The notes under the pieces: generated by a model | Databases searched by the model: none | Seen by the model: the letters and a program-made list of their open reading frames with translations, nothing else | What the model was told of the DNA's origin: nothing | NCBI GenBank assembly: GCA_951406725.2 | Contig: OX597824.1 | Span: 20,956,001 to 21,020,000, forward strand | Direction of reading: 5' to 3' | DNA length: 64,000 nt | Source of the DNA: Octopus vulgaris | Taxonomy: Eukaryota | Shown here: one piece after another, positions 26,571-40,300 of the stretch | How the letters are laid out: each line of letters opens with the position of its first letter | How positions within the stretch are numbered: position 1 is the first letter of the stretch | Made by a program: the position numbers and the translations under genes

Positions 26571-28570
26571 CCAAATCTTTTCTAACCATGTATATCTTCA
26601 TTGCTTTAGCATTTACTTTTCAATGCTTGCATGGGTCAGACAAGATTCAGATTTTATTACAGTTGGATGCTCTTCCTGCTGCCAACACTCACTCATTTCG
26701 AAGTGAGGTAATATTTCCCTTAGTCTGAATAAGCTTTCGCAAAGAAGACTGCAAAGAAATACCTGTTTGTATGACAGTGCAAATTGTTTACAATTAATGC
26801 ATGATGTCAAGAGATACATAAATATGCACACACATAGACATACATATACATATATAAATATATGTATGTACTATAGCCATCATTTAATATATCTGAGGGT
26901 GTTGTAAACACCTACATTGCTAGAAATAAGAGCTAAACACTCTAATACTGCAGTCGAAGCACGTAAGTGTATACCTATGTGCTGATAGAGACCATAAACG
27001 CCTGAAAAGCAGCAGTCGAGATATTTCCAAGCAGCTGCCTAAAAAAATTATTTAACACACACACCCAAAAGGTTTCTTTTTGGTTTCTATTTACCAAGTT
27101 TAGCTCACAAGGCCTGGCTCTCTAAGTAGAAGACACTTTCCCAAGGTATTGCACAGTGGGACTGAACCTGAGACCATTGATGAGATTTTAAATCCCAAGC
27201 CTAAATACCGCTTGGCATTTTGTTTCCGTGACTCAACCGCCACAAACTATTCTTGAAATGAATCAATATCAAAAGCATAAAGAACGAGGGGCACACGTGT
27301 CACAGTTTATGTTGAACAGATGTTGAAATACATATTCTATGTTGATAATGATCAATACTGAACATAAAGGAAGGCAGCAACTCTGAATAAGAACTGATTA
27401 TAGAGGAAAGGAAACTCTCTGAGCGACAGACAAGCTCTATAGTACTGGTAGCATGATAAAAATGGATCTAGTTCATGCTGTAAAGTGGTTGGTGATAGAA
27501 AGGGCATTCAATCATAGAAGCTATGTTAAAAATAAAGGGACATGTACAAAGGAAACATGGGCTTTGAAAGCTGCATCCACACCTATTTGCCAAGAAGGAC
27601 AGTGACCCTGGATAAGAAATGATATAAGGCAGAAGGGACTTTTTTTTTTGTTTGTATCCAGTTACTGTTTTTTCTCTGGTGATGTCGACATGCTAAACTG
27701 TATCCAGTTCATGCTGAAAGAGGATACACAACAAAAGAGTCAGCCAGTTATTTTTTGTTGTGTGTGCATGTTCTGTGATGAAATGGAGGACTATAGAAGA
27801 TGGTGAGACAAATGACAGTAGTGACTAGGGAGGTAAAAAGACTGATGAGATGAAGGATCACAGCGAGATGGCAAGGTGACAGGCTACACTAAATAATGAG
27901 ATGAAGGACCATGAGGTGATGAGACAAAGCTTCAGAGTGGTGGAGAGGCAAAAGACTGTGATTAGTGGTAAGGCAAATTAATAGAAGCACCTAGGAAGAA
28001 GTTCACCGAGATACATTTCAAAATATCATGAGAAACTTTGGTCAAATTTTGTAAAATTTTTCAGATGCATATATATATAATTGAGGGCTTGAAAATACCA
28101 AACAAGCACTTTAAAGGTACTTGAAATAATAGCTTGAGGAAAGGAGTGTTGGGACCTGGCAGTACATTCCATTCTTCGTGTTTCTCTTGTTTTTGTTTTC
28201 TCTGTTGCATGCCAAAGTTTGGAACAATCTTCCACATACAAATAACAACACATTATTTCCAATCAGTGTTCCAAAGAGTAGAGATATAATGTGCTGAGGT
28301 GCTCCTGGTAGCTCAGAATTTTGACATTTTTCTCTTTTTGCCTTGTACAATATATGATGTCATTTACTGTTGTATCTGATGTCTAGATTTTGTTGGAAAT
28401 CACAGATATTATTGTCTGTCTTGACTGTATATCCACTGAGAGTGGCTAATTGTATATTTTTTGTCAAGGCCAACATTATGAGAACCAAAAGTAGGCCCAG
28501 AATGGTGCTTTGTGATAGTTCATTTCTTACCATAGACATTCTAGACAGTTCTTTGTACTTGTGATAGCAC

Positions 28571-28860
28571 TCACCCAGGGCAGGTTGAGTCGGCTTCTTC
28601 TCCCGTCCTAACGGCATCACGAACAATGGCGGCCCACGATCGACAGTCCTGTGTGAGGTCACTGGAGATAGCGAGCCATTCGCAGTTCCATCTGCGCAGA
28701 CCGACCACCTGCGGACCTGATAGTTTGGAGAGGTCCTCCTTTATTGTCGTTGCCCAGGTCTTCAGCTGCCCACCCGTGCGTTTGCGCCAGCTGGGAAGTG
28801 GGAGGAGGACATCACAAATCAGCTTACCCTCTGGACGCTGGGCTGCATGACTGAACATGG
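28571..28860 (-). mobile_element. RTE LINE C-terminal fragment
   Basis: SHAAQRPEG...WRKRTGGQLKTWATTIKEDL...LTQDCRSWAAIV. Confidence 0.8.
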
Positions 28861-30397
28861 TTAAGGTGGTAAATTCTAGACAGAGGACCATTGGTCATAT
28901 TTAAATGGACGGGTTTACACAACACATTCTTTTAATAGTTTTGTATATAAGGTTGACTGCAGTAATATCACATGTTTGCCAGTTAAGTTAAAAGTTGCTT
29001 TTAACCAGCAAAGTTCCCAAGTCACTTTTAAAGATGCTTTTGCTTAGCATGTACAAATTTTCTCAAAATATATTGGAAAGCAATTTATAAATTTGACTTG
29101 ACACTTCTAGTTTAGAAAAGTCAGTGTATATAAGATATTTTCCTGGGAATTCATAGACCAAAATTAGAGGGGCATGTTATATATGAGGGTGTATTATACA
29201 TAAACAAACATGGTATATAAATAGAAAAGCAGTTTTAAAAAATTCATTTTAAGATTAAAAAACAAATGTTAGTCATATTTCAATGTTAAAGAGATTTTAT
29301 TGCAGTTAGTTTCAAATAACAAAGGAAATACAATAAATAGTACAACATGGTTAAAACTACATTCAACAAATATACTACGTAATGTTGTATGAGGAAATGA
29401 GCTTCCTTTGTTTGGAAGTTGTCTCTTGTCTTCTCACGCTCAATCATACACACACACACACATTCACATGTGCACACACACACACACTCTCTCTCTCTCT
29501 GTCTTTCTCAGGCACATAATGGTGAAGTAAATTAATTGTAGGCCGCTGTAATCCATAGCGCAATAATTTCTATCTCTGGACAGGGAACTTATTTGTTCAT
29601 TGCTATCTATCAAGGGTATCATAGCATCCTGGGTTAGAGTGGCTTGGCCGAGCATAAGAGTTTAGTACCAAGGAAATCCAACTGTGTTTATAGCCGTACT
29701 GACTGTTTCTGCTGGTGGCCGAATTATTTTAAATGTCAGAAAAATATTTGAGACTGAAAATTAGGTAGGATAGCGGTGGCAAGGAGAGGATCTATCTAAT
29801 GTTTTATACAAAACCATTCATTCTCTGATCAGAATGTACACTGTATATATTTTCCTCCTCTGACAATGACTCGATGCCCCCCCCCCCCTCTTTATTTTAT
29901 TGCACTGTCTTGACAATGTAGTATGCCACTAATCCCTTTAGGTCCCTAATTATTAAATTCCACGAGTGGAAAGATTAAACTCGGAATGTAAAGACCCAGA
30001 AGAAATGTTGCTAAGTATTCTAACGAAGGTGCTAACGATTCTGCCTGCTCACTGCCTTAACAATAACAATCCTTTCTGCTGTAGGCACAAGGCCTGAAAT
30101 TTTGGAAGAGAGGGATAGTTGATCACATTGACACATTCTCTTTACCACCATCAAACCTAAAGATGTGATTTTCCCTCATAAACATTGTATTATCATTTGA
30201 AAGACAATGCTACAATTTCAAAAGCGAACCAGTCAAGAAAAAAAAAAAAATTGAAGAACACTGACATACAAAAGTTAAACCGGCCATGTTTAAAGATCAA
30301 TGTGTTTACAAGAAATTTTGATTGTGTAATTAAAACTATTAAGTAACAAAAATATATTAAGATTGTCTAATCAATATTTTTGAGATGGGGAATTATG

Positions 30398-30813
30398 TAC
30401 ATTATTTACAATGGACAGACAGGTGTCCTCACCTTGTTTGTTGTTATCACAACGTTTCAGCTGGTGTACTCTCCAGCTTTCATCAGGTGTTCTGGTGGAA
30501 TTTTGAACCTAACCTTTTATTTGACTAATGGGATAATCTGTTCTCATTCCTAAGGTATTTTTTGTTGATGTTATCTGTTGATATTATTTCCCAAGTCCCT
30601 GCCTGGGATTGAACTCAGGCAGAGACTTGGGAAATAATATCAGTAGAAAAAAATACCGTAGGAATGAGAACAGAGTGCCCCATTAGTGAAATAAAGGGTT
30701 GGGTTCGAAATTCCACCAGAACACCTGATGAAGGCTGGAGAGTACATCAGCTGAAATGTTGTGGTAAGAGTAAACAAGATGAGGACACCTATCCAACAAT
30801 TGTAAATAATATA
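30398..30813. mobile_element. Inverted (foldback) Penelope-like pLTR pair, about 205-bp arms, with a hammerhead motif in each arm
   Basis: Arms are reverse-complementary around loop 30606-30615. Motif AACAC-CTGATGA-..GCTGG..(C/T)CAGCT-GAAA occurs at 30446-30491(-) and 30720-30765(+). Confidence 0.7.
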
Positions 30814-33193
30814 TTAAAATTTTCATTTATAACTTGTCCATTTGCAAAAGGTTAAAATAATAATTAGTGAAACTTAGTAAACTACTATCATGTACGATTC
30901 ATTGCAACAAAATATTCTTTTCTACTCTAGGCTCAAGGCCCGAAATTTTGGGAGAAGGGGCCGGTCGATTAGATCGACCCCAGTGTGCAACTGGTACTTA
31001 ATTTATCGACCACGAAAGGATGAGAGGCAAAGTCGACCTCGGCGGAATTTGAACTCAGAGCGTAAAGCCAGATGAAATACCGCTAAGCATTTCGCCTGGC
31101 GTGCTAACTTGAAACAAAATGTTAACACGGGAATGCTAAGTTTACAGTCGAAAAAAAAAGGTAAATTTATAGAAAAAAAATCTACTCCATCTCTTTTGTA
31201 AAAAAAATTGAATAATTTATAAATACATCTATAAATTTTTTTATAAATGTAATACAAAGGCACTTGTTTGTTGAAAGAACATAAACATGCATCATATATA
31301 CATACATACATACATACACACACGAATTGACTTTTAACGAGCAATTTAGCAATAAATATGATATTGCTTTCTAGCATAGGCACAAAGCCAGACATAGAGT
31401 ATAGTTGCTTACATCAACCCAGTTCTTGCCTGATACTGTATTTTATCAACCCTGGATGGATGAAAGGCGAGGCTGACCCCGATAGGGAAGGCTTAAATTC
31501 ATAACATAATGACATATTAAACACTACAAAGTAGCTTTGTCTGTCACCCTATTGATTTTATCAACACATCTTCCTTACCAATAAATAATATATTAACAAC
31601 TATAAACAGAAGTGAGACTAATCAGATCCAGATTATTCTAAAACTTGACTCATCTTGAAAAAAATAAATAAAATTCCTCATAAAACATAACAACAACAAC
31701 AATAACAAAATGTTGATTTCCACAATCATAACAATCCTCAAGTTCATATAACGCCTAATATGGGCATATGCCTACTCAACATGCATGGAAATTAAATGGA
31801 ATAAATGATGATGAACTTTTGAACAAGACCAAGTTTGTTCAGAATGACTAAGAACGAAGATTCACATATCAGTGAACAAAGAAAGGTCTTGGAGTTGGAA
31901 CTTTGATGGCTGATATACGTTCTTCTAAGATACTAAACTTTGGTTGTAAATATTGGTAGCGCTTTCCTTGCTTTGAAAGGTGACACGCTGCACTCTGCAG
32001 GACTTATTATGCAGGCTCCGTAAAATATATACATAACTTCATTTTCTATCTATTACATTAAAACTTATGATTAACTTTAAAAAAAAAAAAAAAAAAAAGA
32101 CAAGTTTATAAAAATATATGGCTGTGGAATTTAAGATGATACATAATTTCATATAATTCCTTAAACCTTTTCCTTTTAAATAGCAAAAAAGTATGAAAAA
32201 ATAACAAAGATAACTAGCATGGTTTCTATATAACATTACAGGATTTTTTTTTTTTAATCACCATTACATTTTACTGATTTTCTAATTTAAATAAATTTTT
32301 TTAAAAATTGAAATTTGATTAAAAAATTAAAAAAACTAACATGAGATTTCCAGAGAACATAAAAGCTATAACAATTATATAATGATCACATACCATAAAG
32401 CTAAAACAATTTGTACAGCCTTCTTAATACAGAGAAAACTTTAGAAACTTATACATTCTTGAGATATAATTATAAAGATTCTTTTAACTATGATACAAAG
32501 ACAAAAAGATCTACATGATAACAACAGCTGGGTAATTAAGCAAGGTTTTCTGTTTTCTTTCATCAAATTTATACCAATATCTCCAAGCAAACTGTTCAGC
32601 TCATAGTTTCATAGGCAGCACCAGGCAGTTAGTGAAATGAGAGTTTGTACAAGACTTCACACTAGAATTTCCACGAAAGACTCACTCAATTTGATCCGGA
32701 TGGTATTCCTGAAGTGAAAAACAGAATGTATGTCACTCCACAAAGAATGAGTCCTCAATGAAAGTCAGTGCAGTTTTGAGACAGATTGCTTAAGAATCAA
32801 ATTCTTTCCTTTGATGGTTTTCTACTTTGATAAAAATTGCTTTAAGAAACTGTTCCAGCTACTTGCCAAAGGCCAAAGTGACAACACTCCTCTCTCTCTC
32901 TTCTTCACTCTCCATTGGAGGCCCAAAATATTAGACTCTATATTACTAATGGCAATTGAACTTAACAAATATTGCAAACCATCACCAGTTACTATCTCAT
33001 TTAAAAAACTAATCCTTCAATTTAATTTACCAATTTCATTAATTCTATTTTACTAGATTGGTATGACATTAATTAAAAAATTGTTCAATAAATTGTAAGG
33101 GTGTAATTATTTTTAGCCCCAGTTCAGCTCTGATTAAGCAGGTTTATGATCATTCCAGCCTTGACAATCTTGTCTTTTTAGGGGTAGCTAGTA

Positions 33194-33543
33194 AAAGGGT
33201 AAAGACCCTCTTTGGTCATGAATGACCATGGGATTGCACCTAGAAAGTTCCCTTCAGAGGCACAAGTTTGGGTAAGATTGTTTAAAGAAGACCAGTGGTT
33301 GTCCATGCACACCAACCTCCCCTCTCCACACCACCAATGTTATCCAAGGGAGAGGCAAAGGGGCCGATACAGCTTGGTACCAGTGACGTCACAACTCATT
33401 TCTATAGCTGAGTGAACTGGAGCAACGTGAAATAGTGTCTTGCTCAAGAACACAACACACAGCCTGGTCCAGGAATTGAACTCACTACCTTATGATGGTG
33501 AGCCCGACATTCTAACCACTGAGCCATGTGCCTTCACTATACT
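33194..33543 (-). mobile_element. tRNA-derived SINE (family D) with 11-bp TSD
   Basis: Head GGCACATGGCTCAGTGGTTAG...GAGTTCAATTCC and core CTTGAGCAAGACAC...CCAGTTCACTCAGCT. TSD ggtagctagta at 33183 and 33544. Confidence 0.85.
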
Positions 33544-34590
33544 GGTAGCTAGTATTAAATTATTTTATGTGTCCTTCACTTTTTCCTTTTAAGATGGTGA
33601 GACCATGTAAAAAATAGCATTGTCTTCTTTTCATTATTATTTCTCAGTAGTGAAAGACAAAATTTATTATTTTAAATATCTGTAATGTAGTAGATGAATT
33701 ATTAGTTGTTAGAACAGTGAAATTATACTTGGAGCAGCTGTTATTATAAAAAGTGTTAGGTGTTAACCAGGTAGAAAAGAACACTAGCAAAACACTACAA
33801 CGATGTGGAGGTGATTAATAAAAAGCAGAAAAGAAATCCATAAAATCAAAATCAAAACTGGACTTTCAATATTTTTCACAAGAACACTAGGACATGGTAG
33901 TATGGATTGAAGTTTGGTATGAAATACTAGTAACAGAATGCTCCAGCGTCAAGCAGAAAACAAACAAACCAATCAAGAGACAAATCTAATTGATTCCAAG
34001 TCACTTCAATTAATTGCTGTAGACCTAAAAATTATTAAGATAATCTTTGTAATCTACAACGGTTAAGAAAATGAATTTAAAACAAAAAGCCAGACCAAGT
34101 GTGTTGTTACCCTTTCTATTAACAATAACCTCATAACCCTAATAGGGACACGTTTTCAAGAAGAATGAAATATTTTCTTAAATTTTGAAAACTAACCAAT
34201 AAAGAGAAGAAAAATTTCCATGGGATATTAAATTACTTGATACACACACACTGTCCATGTTCCATTGGTTGGACAGTTTAGCAGTATTTTTCAGATCCAA
34301 ACACAGCATCAAACCCCAATGCTTTCTTTGGAATGGTTTCTGTGGTTGGGTGTTCTTCCTAAAGCCAATCAATTTTACAGCATGTGCTGGGTACTTTTAT
34401 CATGGAGCCAACACTAGTAAAGTTGCCACATAGTTGGCAAGACTAAGATCCCCTTTGATTGAGTGGGGCTAGAGTAAAGAGAGAAGGTAACTATGGGATG
34501 AAGATTTAAAGTGTGAGAGTAAGGGAGCAGAGCAGAATGGATTTCTTGCTGCAGAGGAGCTACATAGCTATTTATATTATAAAGAAAGAC

Positions 34591-34659
34591 AGATAGATAG
34601 ATAGATAGATCGATAGATCGATAGATAGATAGATAGATAGATCGATAGATAGATAGATA
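34591..34659. repeat. (GATA)n microsatellite
   Basis: Read directly from the sequence. Confidence 0.95.
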
Positions 34660-34856
34660 TGCTAAATTTTAAAGCAAATTTCAAAATAATAATGAAATAT
34701 TTACCAATTGAGGGAATCAATACTGAGAGTAAAGTCAAATCTATTATAATCTATGTTGGTTGGTACTTTAAATTTTGCTTGGTATCTTTTTCAGATGAAT
34801 TAGTTTAATAAGTTACCAGGTGAAATAAAGTCCCAGAAGTCTCAAGCAACACAGAC

Positions 34857-34889
<33 letters not shown>

Positions 34890-34892
<3 letters not shown>

Positions 34893-35146
34893 AAATTTAG
34901 AGGACTGACCACAAAAAAGTGGGCAGCCTATATGCTAAACATAGACATCAAATCTTCATTACCACGAAGAATAAAAATCAATCGTTTTTTTATTTCATAT
35001 ATTTTCATTTGTCTTGCTTATTTTTACATTTTGGTTTTGTGCTGAGATTTTTCTTGAGAACACATTCTTCGTGGTAATGAAGATTTGATGTCTATGTTTA
35101 GCATATAGGCTGTCCACTTTTTTGTGGTCAGTCCTCTAAATTTTGT
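34890..35146. repeat. Inverted repeat, 83-bp arms (34890-34972 and 35064-35146), 91-nt spacer
   Basis: One mismatch between the arms (34923 G versus 35113 T). The structure sits between TA/CA microsatellites. Confidence 0.95.
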
Positions 35147-36409
35147 ATGTAAAACAATTTTTAATCTTTGGATTTTTAAATATGCTAAGCCACTGGTTTT
35201 AATTGATTGATATTAATTTCTACCCTTATTTAATCTTATATATATATACATATATATATATTAAAATATCATCACTCTTTTACAATTTCATCTGATAATA
35301 GTAAAATTTGAGAATCAAAAAAGAGTTTTTTTTAAGTAGAAAATAGAAAAAGTACTACAAATATACTAAAAATCAATAAAATTATTTAGCATCAACCAAA
35401 GAGAGATTGGGAATGAAATCTGTCTGGACTCGACACTAAAATTTCAGGAAGCATTTTTTTTTTTTTTAATGGTTGAAGAAGTATAGTTAATTATCTAAAT
35501 TACAAAATTATGAACACAATAAGTATGAATGATAGATAAATAATCTGACTCAAATTCTGCACTGATTTTAGAATAATTTAAAACAAAAGACAAAAAAAAC
35601 ACAAAAAGTAAATAAAAGTGAAGGAAACAGAAGTGAGAGTAACTAAGGCCAGTGAAACTAAGTGGTGTATTTTGCCGCAAAAAACAAACAACTGAATACA
35701 GTCAGGGGGGAAAAAATTATGGCTAAGTGACAACAAACCTGTGACCACAAACAATAGACAGACAGACAGACACGTAAACTACCAATATTTGAAACTATTA
35801 ACTAATCATGTAAGAAACAAGCTGGAATATATTCGATAATAAAATATTTACTGCTATGGCTTTAGCCAGAGGAGTAAGGGTAGAACACGTGAATAACCTT
35901 TTTGTCAGAAGCATTGAGATTTAGTGAGAGGAAGGGAGTAAGTTATACAAAGACTGAAGATGTAACATGGAGCTTATAACAGTGGACTGTCCCAGAGGTG
36001 GCCAAAGGCTAGGTGGTAAACTGATTAAGTTGACCAATACAAAAACAAGAATGGACCCTCTTTAACAGGTTTACACACAGTTTCCCTCAACCAAATTTAA
36101 TTCACAAGGCTTTGGTCAACCTGAGGCCATTGCAGAAGATATTTGTCTAAAGTGCTACGCAGTGGAATTGAACTCAGAGCAATGCAGTTACAAAGAAAAC
36201 TTTTTAAAGCATACAGCCATATCTGTAGCACCGCAACTATCGCCTGGTTTTAAAAAGCATTCAAAACACATTTTAGAGCAGACTTTTGTTAAACTATATT
36301 ACATTGACACTATTTTCAGTATATATTTTCGAGGGTGTCATAAAGCTGTGACCCAAACACCAAGGATACTGGACAAACGACCAAAACGTTAGTACTTTAT
36401 TAGTGATGT

Positions 36410-36866
36410 GGGCGTAGGAGTGGCTGTGTGGTAAGTAGCTTGCTTACCAACTGCATGGCTCTGGGTTCAGTCCCACTGCATGGCACCTTGGGCAAGTGTC
36501 TTCTATTATAGTCTCAGGCTGACCAAAGCCTTGTGAGTGGATTTGGTAGACAGAAATTGAAAGAAGACCGTCGTATATGTATATGGTCTCTTTTGCTGAA
36601 CTGCTAAGTTACAGGGACGTAAACACACCAGCATCAGTTGTCAAGCGATGTTGGGGGGGACAAACAGACACACAAACATATACATACACACACACACATA
36701 TATATATATATATACAACAGTCTTCTTTCAGTTTCTGTCTACCAAATCCACTCACAAGGCTTTGGTTGGCCCGAGGCTATAAAAGAAAACACTTGCCCAA
36801 AGTGCCATGCAGTGGGACCGAACCCAGAACCATGTGGTTGGGGAGCAAGCATCTTACCACACAGCC
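36410..36866. mobile_element. Two family-A SINE segments in adjacent inverted orientation (36410-36577 +, 36584-36866 -)
   Basis: A 5' half on the plus strand is immediately followed by a minus-strand copy. Confidence 0.85.
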
Positions 36867-37369
36867 AATATATATAGAGATTTATTTTCAGGACATAATA
36901 TGACATGAAATTATGTTTCATATTTTCAACTAGAAACTCTCCAAAGTTGTTCTTGTCCAGCTCGAGGTCAACTCCAATCTAGCAGACTTATGATCAAATG
37001 TATTTCAGACGTGACCACCCACCCCATGGTTGGATTTTTATTTATTTATTTTATAGATTTCAGACAGTACTGAATGTAGCCTTCCTTATTTTAAAGCGGC
37101 AAGGGTATAATCTGTGTGCCGTTGGTTGTTAGTTCATGCAAATCGAGCGATGATTGGTAATGTAGACATCCGGTACATTGTAATTACAATGTAATATAAG
37201 CTAATTAAACGACAGCAGTTTTTACTTATTTCATATTTAATGGCAGCTTGGAACTGATCTGCTTGAGTTATGTTAAAATTTTCTCATAGATCATCAGAAG
37301 TATACACTTGAGAATATTTTCATCATCATTATTATTATTGTTGTTGTTGTTGTTGTTGTTGTTATTATT

Positions 37370-40300
37370 ACATTATATTCTGAGTTCAAATTCTGCCAAG
37401 GTCAACTTTACCATTCATCCTTTCAGGGTTGATAAAATAAATACCAGATGTGTACTAGGATCAATAGACTTTCCCCCCACTTCCCTGAAATTGCTGTCCT
37501 TGTGTCAGAATTTGAAATCATTATTATCATCGTTATTATACAAAGTGGCAAGCTTGCAGAATCATCAGAGAATCACACCAAATTCCTTGCAATATTCCTT
37601 CCAGTCCTTTACGTTCTGAGTTCAAATCCTGCTGAGGTCAGCATTGCTTTCCATCCCTCCCAGGTCAATAAAATATAGTATCAATCAAGCACTGGAGTTG
37701 CTAAAATCACCTGACACCTCCTCCTCAAACTTGCTGGCCTTGTGCCTAAATCAGAAGCTATTATTATTATTGTTGTTATTACTATTGAATAAAAGAGCAG
37801 TGCATGCCCTCAAAGTGACACTAGGACATAAATATACCCCTTGTGATTAGCCATCTGATAAGGGTACACCAAGTACATGCATCACAACACCATGTGTACG
37901 ACATGGTGTTTTCATATCAAGATAAACAGTGCATGACCTTACAGTTGGGACCCAATTAGAATTTTCTCCAGTTCAAGTAACCCCACTCAAGAGGTCCCTG
38001 AATAAGGCTGATGAACAAAACACCCATATTTCCAGATGTGAATTATTCAAACCCCTAAAGAATTCCTCTCAACATATAGCTATGATGCTCCCCCACTATT
38101 CCTGCTAGTCAGCCACTAAGGGACATGCTCAACTGTTTAAGGTCAAGCAACTGACAAGCAAATCTGTGGTGTTGAGCAGAATATTTTTTGTAGTCCATCT
38201 TTTACACCAAGACAAAACATGTAAATGATAACACTTCCGACCAGTTAAGATCAGAAACTATGAAAGCCTATAAAGGTGATAGATTGGCAGAATTGTTAGT
38301 GTTTGAGTATTTCTTCAGGCTCTTTACAGCTTAACTTCAAATTTCAATGAGGTCAGCTGTCATCCTTGAGGACATGATAAAAACTCACAGTCAAATACTA
38401 GGACAGAGCAAAGCTGTTGGTATTGACAAATTCCAACCCACAAAATTACTGTCCTTTTACCTATATTAGAAATCTTGTTATTGTTAAAATCATTGGCGCA
38501 TCAGACAAAATGCTTAGTTCAAATTCCACTGAGGCTGACACTGCTTTTCATCCTTTCAGGACCACTGAAACGAGTACCAGTTGAACACTAGGAGTCGATG
38601 TAATTGTTTAGGATCCCCTAATTGATTACATCAACCCCAGGATTATTATTATTAAGGTGGTGAGCTGGCAGAAACGCTAGCATGCCGGGTGAAATGCTTA
38701 GCGGTATTTCGTCAGCTGCTACATTCTGAGTTCAAATTCCGCTGAGGTCGACTTTGCCTTTCATCCTTTTGGGGTCGATAAATAAGTACCAGTTACGCAC
38801 TGGAGTTGATATAATCGACTTAATCCGTTTGTCCTTGTTTGTCCCCTCTGTGTGTAGCCCCTTGTGGGCAGTAAAGAAATAAATGTTAGTATGTCAGACA
38901 AAAATGTTTAGTGGTATTTGTTTCAGTTTTACATTCTGAGTTCAAACTCTGCCGAGGTTGACTACCTTTCATCTTTTAGGGGTTGATAAAATAAATACCA
39001 GCTGAGCACAAGGGTCAATGTAACTGACTATTCAATCTGTAAAAACTGCTGGTCTTGTGCCAAAATTTTAAACATTCTTCTTCTTCTTATTATTATTAAG
39101 GCAGCAAGCTGGCAGAATCGTTAGCATACCGGGCAAAATGCTTAGCAGCATTTCATGTCTTTATGAGCTGAGCTCAAATTCTGTCGAGGTCGACTTTGCC
39201 TTTCATCCTTTTGGGGTTGATAAATTAAAGTATCAGTGAAACACTGGGGTCGATGTAATTGGCTAGTCCCCTCCTACAAAATTTCAGGCCTTGTGCCTTT
39301 AGTAGAAAGGATTATTATTATTATTATTCAAATAATTTCAAATTAAAACTTCAGTGAACCTATCAGCTCTTTCTGTGTGCGTATGATCATTAATAAAATG
39401 TGCCGACACAATCTAGTGTACACAGACAACAGAACGTCCACAAAGAAACACAAGATATTTGAAATTGGGTTTAAAACACACTGAAAACAAAAAAGATAGA
39501 ACACATATAAATCACCAGTAACTCAATAAAACTGTAACAGGAATACTTCTCAGTACACGTGTAGAGAGTGATTTTATAAACACACCAGAATTTCTGGCTT
39601 TGAGGCTATGGACAGTGAGTGAAAAGCTTGGGGGCCGACTAAGATAAACTGACTTTGTGAATGTGCAGAGTAATTTCTAAATGATGTTGGAATGGTTGGA
39701 AAGAACATCAAGGAGATGGTGTACGGAAAAGAGGAAAAAATAGGGCACCAAGATAAATTAAAATAACTTTATAAACAATGTGGGGTAGTTGTATATCCTA
39801 CACCACACGCACCGCACCCAGTACATATGAAACATTAAGTTTATTATTTAATAACTCTGCGGTATACAATAAAGCAAAAAAGGGATGGACCGTTGAGGAT
39901 AAAGGAAGTTTGAGAAAACAGAAGTGGCATTGGTGTATGATGAGAGTGAAAGGTGAGAATATATTTCAAATACTTGAGTAGAGATAAAAAAAAAAAGTGT
40001 TAATAAACAAAAAAGACATTTATTTCAGAGGAAGAAGTCTTATTGTCCAAACTTGACTGACCCATAAAAATGGGGGGGGAAATGGAATGTCGAAAATTTA
40101 CAGCTTATAAGTATATTAACAATGATGGCAATGGCAATTGTTGTTGTAAAATGCTATCTAACTTGTCATATAATTTGCTAGCAATGGTTCACATTATGTC
40201 CCATGATGGTCTTTTGCATTTTTTTTTTTTAGAGGGGAGGGGGTTGCCTTTTTTAACTGAGATAAAAAAATAAAATAAGATTAATAAGCTAGTCTTTCAA

